NCBI GenBank assembly: GCA_038063915.1
Contig: JBBTUE010000004.1
Span: 38,719 to 102,718, forward strand
Direction of reading: 5' to 3'
DNA: 64,000 nt
Origin: Patescibacteria group bacterium
GTDB taxonomy: Bacteria > Patescibacteriota > Minisyncoccia > Phycocordibacterales > UBA9973
Within the stretch, counting starts at the first letter, position 1. Each line of letters opens with the position of its first letter. Of the stretch, positions 9,327 to 17,795 are shown piece by piece. Under the pieces are notes generated by a model that saw only the letters and a program-made list of their open reading frames with translations, was not told the origin of the DNA and ran no database searches. A program made the translations under genes and the position numbers.

Positions 9327-11792
9327 ATGGAAGGAATATCTAATAAAGGCATAGAAAAAAAGGACGAAATCCCGAATTTTCACCAAATTTTTGAGGATAG
9401 GTTAAAAATAAAAAAAATAGTAAAGGATGAACTTGGACTTGATTTGGATAATATAAAGGAGAATTCAAATTCCCCTCTATATACTATTTTTGAGAAACAT
9501 TATAAACAGGAGTACGATGAATTAAATGAAAAGGCCAAGCAATTTAAAAAAGAAGATTTTAAAGACAGTGAAGGCAAGGCAAAAACAGAGTTACAAAAAC
9601 AAAAAATAGAATATGAAAAAAGTGGAGCGGAGAATATTCCCCAAATAAATTACGAAAAAATACTTGCGGACAATCCAGGATTAAAAGAAGTTTTAGATAC
9701 AAAAAGTGCTATCTGGGCTTTGAAAGATTTTAGAATGAAGCGAACATTTGAAATTTTAAATCCAAAAATAGGACTAAAGGTTAAAGAGAAAAACGAAAAA
9801 ATGCTTGGAACAATTCAAGCAGGAATAGAAGACAGTTATGATAAATTAGAAAACGAAGATCAAACCCTTGTTCGACAAGCAGAGTTACTGGAAAATAAAC
9901 AAAATTTGAGCGAGAGCGGGCATATCTGTATTGTTCCTTCTGTTGCAAAAGATTTGGAAGCTATTGGAGACAGGATGCTTACAGGCAAGCCCGTATTTCT
10001 TCACGGACCGACTGGTACTGGTAAAACTTCACTTGCTCGCTATGCGGCTGTTCATTTTACGGGCAAAGATTCTGAAATGGTTTTTTGTAACCCGCAAACA
10101 AAAGAATCAAATGTTTGGGGCAAGACAGGCATAAAACCAGCACCAGGGGGAGCGATTGAGACAGTAGAGATTTACGGTCCTCTTGCGAAAGCAATGGTAG
10201 AAGGCAAGACTGTAATTTTCGATGAATTTACAGCTCTACCAAAAGAGCAAATGGTGTTTATAAAAGGTATTTTCAACGCCAAAGTAGGGGATAAGGTAAA
10301 TATTGTTGGTAATGGTATGGTAGAAATACAGCCTGGCTTTCAGATGATTTTTACGGCAAACTTAAAATCTGAAAAAAATCCAGAGAGACAGGATTTACCA
10401 CCAGAAGTCGCTCGTGAATTTGAACAAAATAATATAAAAATCAATTATATAAACAAGGAAGAGTCATACGACGTTATGCTTTCTCGTATGCTGGGTAAAG
10501 ACGGTTCTTTGGATATGTCTTTTTATGATCTTAATACAACATTGCCAAATCTAGCTCGCGTGATGTCAGAAATACAGGAGTCTTATACTAACGCCACAGA
10601 CAAAGAAGTCGCCAGAAAAGCAGGGGCACTCGATGCTTCTGGTAAAGTTCACTCTTTGAAGAAATTTGTAATGACACAAGGTTCTATTGAAGCTATACTT
10701 TCTTCTTGGAATATAGAGAAAAAAATGAAAAGAACAGAAAAATCTTTTGCTGAATTTTTAGATGAAAGATTTAAGACTGCTTTGACTTTTGAAGAGTATT
10801 CAAAAGAAGACAGAATACTAGCGGCTAAGATTTTGGCTTCCCGTGGTTTTTTACTGACATTAACACCGAAAGAGCTTGGCTTGCCCGACGATGTTTTTAC
10901 CTTTAATACCATAAAAGCAATGCGTGGCGCTGATGCAATAGAGGAGCTAAAATTAGAATCTGGTAAAGTAAAACATTTAAATTTAAAAGAAGTTGCCGAA
11001 CTTGACCCCTTTGATAAGAGAGCATTGCTCATGAAGAAACAAGCTGAAGGACTTTTAGAGGGTGAAACTTTTAATAAAGACGAATTTTTGACTGCTTCAA
11101 GCAAAAGATTTAATAAAATTTTTGGTAAACAACCGTCAGCAGAAGTTATAACGACTACTTATAAACAAGAATCCATAAATTTAGATATAGAGAAAAAGCT
11201 CGAAGAATTTATCTCATTCTATCAACAAAGTAAGATAGACTTACCACCAAACTTTGAGAACGACATAAGGGAGATTTGGGATCGGAATGCAAATGATATT
11301 AAAGAAAGCATAGAACAGAATGGTTTTAATGATATTCTTTTGATGCCTGAAAATATGCCTTTGCCCGATCTTCACTCTAAAATGACCGAAGGATATACAG
11401 CTACATATCAAGGCGATAATTTTAAACAAGGGGGCTCGTTTGCAGGTGCCAAAAGTGAGAAAGTGGATAAACCTAGAATAGTTTTGGTTCATAAAACTCA
11501 AAACTTAAAAGACAATCCTGAACTTGCAAAAACCTTTAACATTAAAGGCGAGGATGCAATTAAATCTGAAATTCTAACTCTCGAGGATTACCTAGTTTTC
11601 CAACGAAAGTATTTTAAAGAAACAGGTAAACACTTAGACGAAGACGGTTGGACTTGGCTTGCCACAAAATCGGGCTCTCGTCTCGTCCACGCGGCTTGGT
11701 ATCCGGATGTTGGTCAGGTCGATGTGGATGCCCGTGGTCTCGGCGATCGGCATGGCGATCTCGGCGCTCGCCCTTCCCGCAGTTTCTACTAA
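9327..11792 (+). CDS. DGR target 1: MoxR/AAA_5-type ATPase with C-terminal variable (probable CLec-fold) domain
   Basis: VFLHGPTGTGKT Walker A, VIFDEF Walker B, IFTAN sensor I; C-terminus GWTWL...LGARPSRSFY encoded by VR1. Confidence 0.9.
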   Translation: MEGISNKGIEKKDEIPNFHQIFEDRLKIKKIVKDELGLDLDNIKENSNSPLYTIFEKHYKQEYDELNEKAKQFKKEDFKDSEGKAKTELQKQKIEYEKSGAENIPQINYEKILADNPGLKEVLDTKSAIWALKDFRMKRTFEILNPKIGLKVKEKNEKMLGTIQAGIEDSYDKLENEDQTLVRQAELLENKQNLSESGHICIVPSVAKDLEAIGDRMLTGKPVFLHGPTGTGKTSLARYAAVHFTGKDSEMVFCNPQTKESNVWGKTGIKPAPGGAIETVEIYGPLAKAMVEGKTVIFDEFTALPKEQMVFIKGIFNAKVGDKVNIVGNGMVEIQPGFQMIFTANLKSEKNPERQDLPPEVAREFEQNNIKINYINKEESYDVMLSRMLGKDGSLDMSFYDLNTTLPNLARVMSEIQESYTNATDKEVARKAGALDASGKVHSLKKFVMTQGSIEAILSSWNIEKKMKRTEKSFAEFLDERFKTALTFEEYSKEDRILAAKILASRGFLLTLTPKELGLPDDVFTFNTIKAMRGADAIEELKLESGKVKHLNLKEVAELDPFDKRALLMKKQAEGLLEGETFNKDEFLTASSKRFNKIFGKQPSAEVITTTYKQESINLDIEKKLEEFISFYQQSKIDLPPNFENDIREIWDRNANDIKESIEQNGFNDILLMPENMPLPDLHSKMTEGYTATYQGDNFKQGGSFAGAKSEKVDKPRIVLVHKTQNLKDNPELAKTFNIKGEDAIKSEILTLEDYLVFQRKYFKETGKHLDEDGWTWLATKSGSRLVHAAWYPDVGQVDVDARGLGDRHGDLGARPSRSFY
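11671..11780 (+). repeat. DGR variable repeat VR1
   Basis: 110 bp colinear with the TR; 16 mismatches, 15 at TR adenines. Confidence 0.96.
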
Positions 11793-12052
11793 TTAGGTAG
11801 TTTGTAGTTTGGTATTTGTATTTTTTTTATTACTTTTGTTTTGTATTCGATTTTTTTTCTTCGGTTAGTATAACCACAAGCAATTGATTGGTTTACCGAA
11901 GTGCTTGGGATAAGTGAAAGATGGCCTTGTGTCAGATAATTTATTTTATGTAGAAATAAAAAAGAACTGCAGTTTTGTATTGGGGATGTAGCCCTGATTA
12001 ATAGAGTATGGTTTCCAATCTTGATACGGATAATACAAAGCTAAAAGTGGGG

Positions 12053-12162
12053 CGGGCTCTCGTCTCGTCAACGCGAATTGGAATCCGGATGATGGTCAGG
12101 TCAATGTGAATGCCAATGATCTCGACTATCAGAATGACAATCTCGGCGCTCGCCCTTCCCGC
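12053..12162 (+). repeat. DGR template repeat TR
   Basis: Intergenic 110-bp copy with 24 adenines including 8 AAY codons; ends in the A-free tract CTCGGCGCTCGCCCTTCCCGC. Confidence 0.96.
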
Positions 12163-12166
12163 CGTT

Positions 12167-12544
12167 CTAAGTCGAATTTCTCGAATACTTTATCCAACCT
12201 TGGGTCATTTTTCCTATTTCTTGTAGTTTGCTTTCAATATCCAGATAAACTCTTGCTTCTAGTATTTCACAGTTTAAAGAAATTCTAAAAAGTATTTTCA
12301 GAAGCTCTATTTTTGAATTTGCTTGAGCCAAGACTTTTTCTTTTTCATATTTTGATACTTGATTGGCAAACACAAAAAGCTCAATTCCATCTAATATTGT
12401 TCTTTCTATTTTTTCTCCCAATGTGTATCTTTCGTGTTTTGGAAATTTAAAGATGAGTTTATGTGTAACCTCGTAGAGTACAAAGAGTTTTATTACAACC
12501 GGTATTTCTAATTTTGAGAAGTCCTTATGAGTATTGTTATCCAT
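12167..12544 (-). CDS. avd: DGR accessory variability determinant (Avd-like four-helix bundle)
   Basis: 125 aa with FPKHERYTLGEKI and LQEIGKMTQGW motifs; lies between TR and RT. Confidence 0.85.
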   Translation of the reverse strand: MDNNTHKDFSKLEIPVVIKLFVLYEVTHKLIFKFPKHERYTLGEKIERTILDGIELFVFANQVSKYEKEKVLAQANSKIELLKILFRISLNCEILEARVYLDIESKLQEIGKMTQGWIKYSRNST

Positions 12545-13516
12545 AAAAGTTATGATGAATTATTTAGTCTTAATAATATGATTCTCGCGTGGAGAATTTT
12601 CAGGCGGGGAAAGACAAGAAAAAAAGATGTAATGGATTTTGAAATGCATTTGGAGGATAATATCTTTTCTTTATATAAAGAAGTAAAAAATGATAAATAC
12701 AAGCATTCATCATATACATATTTTCAGATTTTTGATAATAAGAAACGAGATATTTATAAGGCAGAGGTCAGAGATAGGATAATACATCAGATTATTTATG
12801 ATTATCTACTATCTTGCTTTGAACCTACTTTTATAGCGGACTCCTATGCTTCGAGGAAAAATAAAGGACAATATAAAGCTCTTGACACTTTTTGCTATTT
12901 TATAAAACTTGCTAGTAGTGCTGGCAAAGAATGTTTTGTCTTAAAATGTGATGTCAAAAAGTATTTTGACAGTGTAGATCACGATATTTTACTTGTTTTG
13001 ATAAAAGAAAAAGTTTCCTGTGAAAAAACCTTGAAAATAATAAAAGAAGTCATATCAAGTTATCGTTCATCTACTCCACCTCAAAAAGGTATACCCCTAG
13101 GCAGTATTACAAGCCAGATATTTGCCAATATTTATCTTAATGTATTAGACCAATATGTCAAAAAAGAATTGAAATGCAGATTTTATATCAGATACAATGA
13201 TGACCTCGTGGTTGTTTTTGAAAATAAAAAACACATAGTGGGCATCAGAGATAAAATGATTCTTTTTGTGAAAGAAAAGTTATTTTTAGATATACCTATC
13301 CCAAAAACAAGTATAAGAAAAATCAGATGGGGGGTTGATTTTCTCGGATTTGTAATTTTACCTCAAGCTATCTTACTTAGAGACAAAACGAAGAACAAAA
13401 TCTATTCAAATATAAAGAGGAAAAATATACACTCATATCTTTCCCTTTTAAATCATTGTAATTCTCACAATCTAAAAGCAAAGATTCTGTCGATGGAAAA
13501 AACATATAAAATTTGA
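12527..13516 (+). CDS. DGR reverse transcriptase
   Basis: KKRDI, RDRIIHQ, DVKKYFDSVDH, GIPLGSITSQIFAN (DGR-type GxxxSQ), RYNDD, GVDFLGF; no maturase or endonuclease extension. Confidence 0.95.
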   Translation: MSIVIHKSYDELFSLNNMILAWRIFRRGKTRKKDVMDFEMHLEDNIFSLYKEVKNDKYKHSSYTYFQIFDNKKRDIYKAEVRDRIIHQIIYDYLLSCFEPTFIADSYASRKNKGQYKALDTFCYFIKLASSAGKECFVLKCDVKKYFDSVDHDILLVLIKEKVSCEKTLKIIKEVISSYRSSTPPQKGIPLGSITSQIFANIYLNVLDQYVKKELKCRFYIRYNDDLVVVFENKKHIVGIRDKMILFVKEKLFLDIPIPKTSIRKIRWGVDFLGFVILPQAILLRDKTKNKIYSNIKRKNIHSYLSLLNHCNSHNLKAKILSMEKTYKI

Positions 13517-13528
13517 TAGTATGGTGGC

Positions 13529-15496
13529 ATGGAAGGCATATCTATCATTGAAGCAAAAAAGGCCAAAAAAGAAGGCGAAACCACAGAAACAGGCAACCAT
13601 ACTGAAGCCTTTGCCTTTGTTGAGGAAAATCGAGACTTTTTTGAACACCATGCAAAAGGCAAGATAAAAATAGAACAAGCTCCCGAGGGCTTGGACACTT
13701 TTGCTTTTAATTTGGAAAATAACACTATCTATATCAATTCGATGTTTTATGAAAAGCTCGGCTTTTCTAAAGAAAGGACTATCTTCGCCACCTTGCACGA
13801 AATAGAGCATTTTTTAGAAAAAATTCAGATGCTTTCCGAAGACGGAGGAGAGAAAAATTTTGAAAAATACCTCAAGAAGATAGAAACTTCAAAAGCATTT
13901 GGTTTGATGGATAATTGTGTAGCGGATATTCGTGAGAACAGAACCGTAGTTTCCAAAACTAATAAAGGAATGAAGGATTTGGAAGAAAATATTTATAAAG
14001 AAGTTTTATTTCCAGAAACGGATTTTACTGAGTCTCCTCGCCATATACAATTTTGCCAAGCTATATTGCGTGAAGCAAGAGTAGAGGGCGAACAATGCGA
14101 TGTTTCGCCCGAGGTGCGACAGAAACTTGATGAACTTAAAAAAGTAAAAGGACTTATGAATATAATGACGAATCCTGAGACGCCGATGTCGACACGTTTG
14201 AAATTACAAGATAAATATATTTGGCCGAAAGTGGAGGAACTTTTAGAAAAGGATATTGAAGATAAAAAGAATAAGGAAAATAAAGACGAAAACAAGCCAT
14301 CTGATTCCCAAGATAAAAAAACAGGTGAGGGCAAGGACAATAAACCTGGTGAAAAAAATGATGACACTAAAGGTCAAAAAGGTGAGAAAGATGATAAAAA
14401 AGGTCAACAAAAAGGAAAACCTGAAAAAGGCGAGGTAAAGGAAGGTAACCCCAATAAAATTTTTGCTGATGAATATGAGAAAGCAGAAAAAAAAGTTCCC
14501 AACGCTATACCGATCGAAGATATAAAGAAAGCTTTTAAAGAATGGAAGGAAGAAAAACAGAAAAATAGTCCCGACAAAGCAGATGAGGAATATGCTGAAA
14601 AAATAGGTGTTGAAAAGAAAGATTTGCAAGAATACAGGAGGATTGCAGAAGCATTGCAGAAAATCGTGAATCCAGAAACAAATGTGAGTGTAATGGAAGA
14701 GTTAAAAAACCTTTTTTCAAGAATTATTTCCAAAAGACTCAAAGAGAAACTTGCTCCGAAATATCCAGTTGAAGAAGGCGATGAGTTGGCTGACCCTGCT
14801 CAGCTTGTGTCTGATGTAAAATCCGGCAATTTAAGTCCGAAAGTATGGGAAGATACTGAAATTAAGGAGAGAAAAGGCGACAAATTTGGCGAAGTTGAAA
14901 TAACTCTTATATGTGATAGATCGAGTTCTATGACTGATGGTAATGGTCAAAAAGCGGTTGAGCAAAGAAATTCAGCAGTTTTGATGATGGAAGTTTTGAA
15001 AGATTTTGCAGAAATGTGTGATGAGGAGAAAATGAAGGTGGATAAACCACTTCTAGTAAAATCTGAGATATACAGTTTTGCAAGTAGTTCAGAAGATAAG
15101 ACGCCTCTTAAAAAAATGGGGAAAGAACTCGGTGAAGCTGAGAGAATAAATGTTTTAAAAAAGCTTTTTGATTTGCCGGGTTCTACTACTGATTTTAATT
15201 GTTTGGAAGCTATTAACGAAGGACTGGACAATGAAACCAAACAAAAAATTGCAATAGGAGAATTAAAAAAGATAGTTTTTGTGTTTACTGACGGCGGGAG
15301 TGACAGCGTTGCGCGAGTACAAAAGGCCTTGAAAGGTTTGCGAGATGATGGTATAGTAGTGGTCGGTATTGGACTAACAGAAGCGGGAGAACCCGCAAAG
15401 ACAACGTATGCACCAAACGCGCAAGTAGTAAATAATGTTATTGATTTGCCTATTGTTTTAGGTGAATTGTTAAAGGAGCATTTAAAGGATATTTAG
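13529..15496 (+). CDS. HExxH metallopeptidase-like domain + charged linker + vWA (MIDAS) domain protein
   Basis: TLHEIEHF, DNCVADIREN, K/D/E/G-rich linker, ICDRSSSM, GSTTD, VFTDGG. Confidence 0.85.
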   Translation: MEGISIIEAKKAKKEGETTETGNHTEAFAFVEENRDFFEHHAKGKIKIEQAPEGLDTFAFNLENNTIYINSMFYEKLGFSKERTIFATLHEIEHFLEKIQMLSEDGGEKNFEKYLKKIETSKAFGLMDNCVADIRENRTVVSKTNKGMKDLEENIYKEVLFPETDFTESPRHIQFCQAILREARVEGEQCDVSPEVRQKLDELKKVKGLMNIMTNPETPMSTRLKLQDKYIWPKVEELLEKDIEDKKNKENKDENKPSDSQDKKTGEGKDNKPGEKNDDTKGQKGEKDDKKGQQKGKPEKGEVKEGNPNKIFADEYEKAEKKVPNAIPIEDIKKAFKEWKEEKQKNSPDKADEEYAEKIGVEKKDLQEYRRIAEALQKIVNPETNVSVMEELKNLFSRIISKRLKEKLAPKYPVEEGDELADPAQLVSDVKSGNLSPKVWEDTEIKERKGDKFGEVEITLICDRSSSMTDGNGQKAVEQRNSAVLMMEVLKDFAEMCDEEKMKVDKPLLVKSEIYSFASSSEDKTPLKKMGKELGEAERINVLKKLFDLPGSTTDFNCLEAINEGLDNETKQKIAIGELKKIVFVFTDGGSDSVARVQKALKGLRDDGIVVVGIGLTEAGEPAKTTYAPNAQVVNNVIDLPIVLGELLKEHLKDI

Positions 15497-15512
15497 TTAT
15501 ACAATACAAAAC

Positions 15513-16481
15513 ATGGAAAACATATCAAAAATGGCAAAAGCCCCAGAAAAGGCAAAGAAACCTGAAAAGTCTCAAGCAGAACTTCGCCAAGCCATAGAAG
15601 AGCGCCTTTTCGGAATGAAAGGAACTATTAAAGGTGTTATGGAGGAATACAAGCAAGCTTTAGAAGAAGAAACATTTCTAGATAAACAAGGCGAAGAAGA
15701 AGGAAACGGAGAAAAAAGAAGGGAAACAATGCAAGCTAAAATAAATGCGTTCCTTGATAAAGCGGAACAAATGAAAACGAAGTTAGATAGCAAAGAAAAA
15801 TTACCTAACTACACAGAATCAATATCTACTAATTACACTCATCCAGATAATAAAGTAGAAAATATCACTTTCTCTCTGGAAGAAAAATTAGAGGAAAATA
15901 TCGCTATCTACAAAAAAACCAAATTAGACTTGCCTCCAGATTTTGAAGATCAAATCAAAGAAATTTGGGAAAATAATATTGATGAAATACAAAAAGCAAT
16001 GCAAGAGAAAGGCTTTGATGAAATGCTTCTCGTACCTGGCAATATCCCCTTAACAGAATTAAATACTAAAATGACGGATGTATATACTGAAACGTGGGAA
16101 GACAGCGACTTCAAATCTGGCGGTTCTTTTACTGGTGCTAAAAGTGAAAATGTAAATAAACCACGTATAGTACTTGCTCACAAAACTCAAAATCTTGAAG
16201 ACAGACCAGAACTCAAGAAAACTTTAAATATAAAAGGTAAGGATGTAAAAAAGGATCAAACATTAACTTTAGAAGACTATCTAATATTTCAAAGAAAATT
16301 CTTTGAAGAAACCGGCAAACATTTGGATGAATCAGGCTGGACTTGGCTTGCCACAAAATCGGGCTCTCGTCTCGTCTACGCGGATTGGTATCCGGGTGGT
16401 GGTCTGGTCGGTGTGGTTGCCGGTGGTCTCGACTTTCAGATTGACAGTCTCGGCGCTCGCCCTTCCCGCAGTTTCTACTAA
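15513..16481 (+). CDS. DGR target 2: coiled-coil N-terminus + variable (probable CLec-fold) domain
   Basis: C-terminal ~215 aa paralogous to target 1 (DLPP.FE, GGSF.GAKSE, LTLEDYL.FQRK, GWTWLATKSGSRLV); ends in VR2. Confidence 0.9.
   Translation: MENISKMAKAPEKAKKPEKSQAELRQAIEERLFGMKGTIKGVMEEYKQALEEETFLDKQGEEEGNGEKRRETMQAKINAFLDKAEQMKTKLDSKEKLPNYTESISTNYTHPDNKVENITFSLEEKLEENIAIYKKTKLDLPPDFEDQIKEIWENNIDEIQKAMQEKGFDEMLLVPGNIPLTELNTKMTDVYTETWEDSDFKSGGSFTGAKSENVNKPRIVLAHKTQNLEDRPELKKTLNIKGKDVKKDQTLTLEDYLIFQRKFFEETGKHLDESGWTWLATKSGSRLVYADWYPGGGLVGVVAGGLDFQIDSLGARPSRSFY
16360..16469 (+). repeat. DGR variable repeat VR2
   Basis: 110 bp colinear with the TR; 16 mismatches, all at TR adenines. Confidence 0.96.
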
Positions 16482-16549
16482 TTAGGTAACTTGTAATTTG
16501 GTATTTGTATTTTCTTTTCTTTTTTATTTTGTATTCGCATTTTTTTACC

Positions 16550-16930
16550 AGGGAGTGATTCTATCGTGCACGCACGGGTGGGTAAGTCCGCGCGTAATCG
16601 CGCGGACTGGGGCAAGCACGAGAGATGTGAGCCTTCGGGCATTACCGCTAGTGGCGTCCATGACTAAAGGATGAGCGCCGAAGAAAAACGAAGTCAGAGA
16701 AATCTAAAAGCGAAAGCGACACACTAAATATAATAATGAAAAGCGTAGAGTGGGGGTGGCGAGGGCGGACTGCTGTAATCAGCAGAGCCCGACCCGGGGA
16801 GAGGAAACTTCCTCTCCCTAAGAGGAAGCGGGCAAATTGCCCGCACAGAGGCACCTAGGCGCGAGTAGCCCTAGCGGTAATGCCCGAGGCGGATGCCGAG
16901 GGTGACACCCCTTTAGTTCGGACATCCTAT
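16550..16930. other. unidentified GC-rich multi-hairpin element (candidate ncRNA)
   Basis: 17-bp perfect long-range stem 16635-16651/16871-16887 and hairpins at 16585-16608, 16797-16818, 16828-16844 and 16891-16927; no credible ORF. Confidence 0.55.
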
Positions 16931-17005
16931 TTTATAATGAACGAAGGCACCGATGTATTTGGGTTTGAATTCCGCCGCTTCTTCTTAAAAGAAGCCTGAC
17001 CGAGC

Positions 17006-17171
17006 CCCCCACCCATATCAAATCAAAAAGAATCCCCCGCGAAATCAAATATGCATGGAGAGTGTGGTGGGCGAGGGCAGACGCGCGTAGTCGCGCGCGG
17101 CGGAGTTCATTGGTTCTCTTGGTCTTTCTGCTCGAAAAAGGTTCGCGCAAATGCTAGAATGAGAGGACAAG
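17006..17171 (-). repeat. right copy of 166-bp inverted repeat bounding the DGR island
   Basis: Reverse complement of 9080-9245. Confidence 0.93.
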
Positions 17172-17271
17172 CGAAGCTTGTCCAAGGCGGAGGCAGACGT
17201 GCCAAGCCGGGGTCGCGAGATTTTTCAGCAGAAAAATACTTGTGACGACAAGTAATGTTATAATTTAACTT

Positions 17272-17784
17272 ATGAATTCGGTAGATATGATAAAGATTAG
17301 TCGTGATAAAGGTTTCACACTTATAGAGCTTTTAGTTGTTGTCTCAATAATTAGTTTCCTATCCAGTGTCATATTTTCAACCTTAAACAATGCAAGAGTA
17401 AAAGCTCGAGATTCAGCAAGAATTCAAGATATGCATCAAATGCAACTTGCTTTAGAGCTTTATCGTTCGGCCAATGGAACTTATCCAGTAGGCGGATGGT
17501 TGTATAGTTATGATGCTAGTTGGAATACATTACAAACTGCCCTGACCCCCTATATGAAAACTTTACCAAAAGATCCAAAAAATAGTGCGATTGATCCATG
17601 GTGGACTGGTAATTACACCTATGCATATTATTTTGGTGGTGCATCAAGTTACGATTTAGTGACCCAACTAGAAGATCAAAATAATAAATATAGATGTGAA
17701 CTTAAGCAGTGGATGTTTTATAATGCTGGATCTTCTTGGTGTAGTATAGGTTATAGTAATTATATTTATACAGGCCACCAGTAG
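17272..17784 (+). CDS. type IV pilin/pseudopilin (GspG-like)
   Basis: KG|FTLIELLVVV prepilin motif, ALELY...G.YP, LPKDP. Confidence 0.88.
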   Translation: MNSVDMIKISRDKGFTLIELLVVVSIISFLSSVIFSTLNNARVKARDSARIQDMHQMQLALELYRSANGTYPVGGWLYSYDASWNTLQTALTPYMKTLPKDPKNSAIDPWWTGNYTYAYYFGGASSYDLVTQLEDQNNKYRCELKQWMFYNAGSSWCSIGYSNYIYTGHQ

Positions 17785-17795
17785 TATTAATTAAT

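Noticed and set aside
9075-9343. ORFs 9075-9269, 9101-9343, 16932-17150 and 17051-17245 as duplicated small genes
   Set aside because: They are translations of the inverted repeat on both strands and diverge exactly where the repeat ends.
12106-12288. 60-aa ORF overlapping the TR
   Set aside because: It is the TR read in the VR frame running into antisense avd, with no independent support.
12527-13516. RT as group II intron, retron or CRISPR-associated RT
   Set aside because: It is short, has the GxxxSQ motif, lacks maturase, VTG and Cas1 features, and sits beside a TR/VR set and Avd.
14256-14460. Low-complexity K/D/E/G stretch and overlapping antisense ORFs in the vWA gene
   Set aside because: This is an ordinary disordered linker, and the antisense ORFs are compositional shadows.
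11671-16469. CRISPR array
   Set aside because: There are only three dispersed 110-bp copies, no repeat-spacer periodicity and no cas genes in the window.
16550-16930. RNase P RNA, SRP RNA or group II intron as the identity of the structured element
   Set aside because: GAGGAAACTTCC is part of a local hairpin rather than the GAGGAAAGUCC P4 motif. I found no matching P4 3' strand, SRP loop motif or domain V on either strand.
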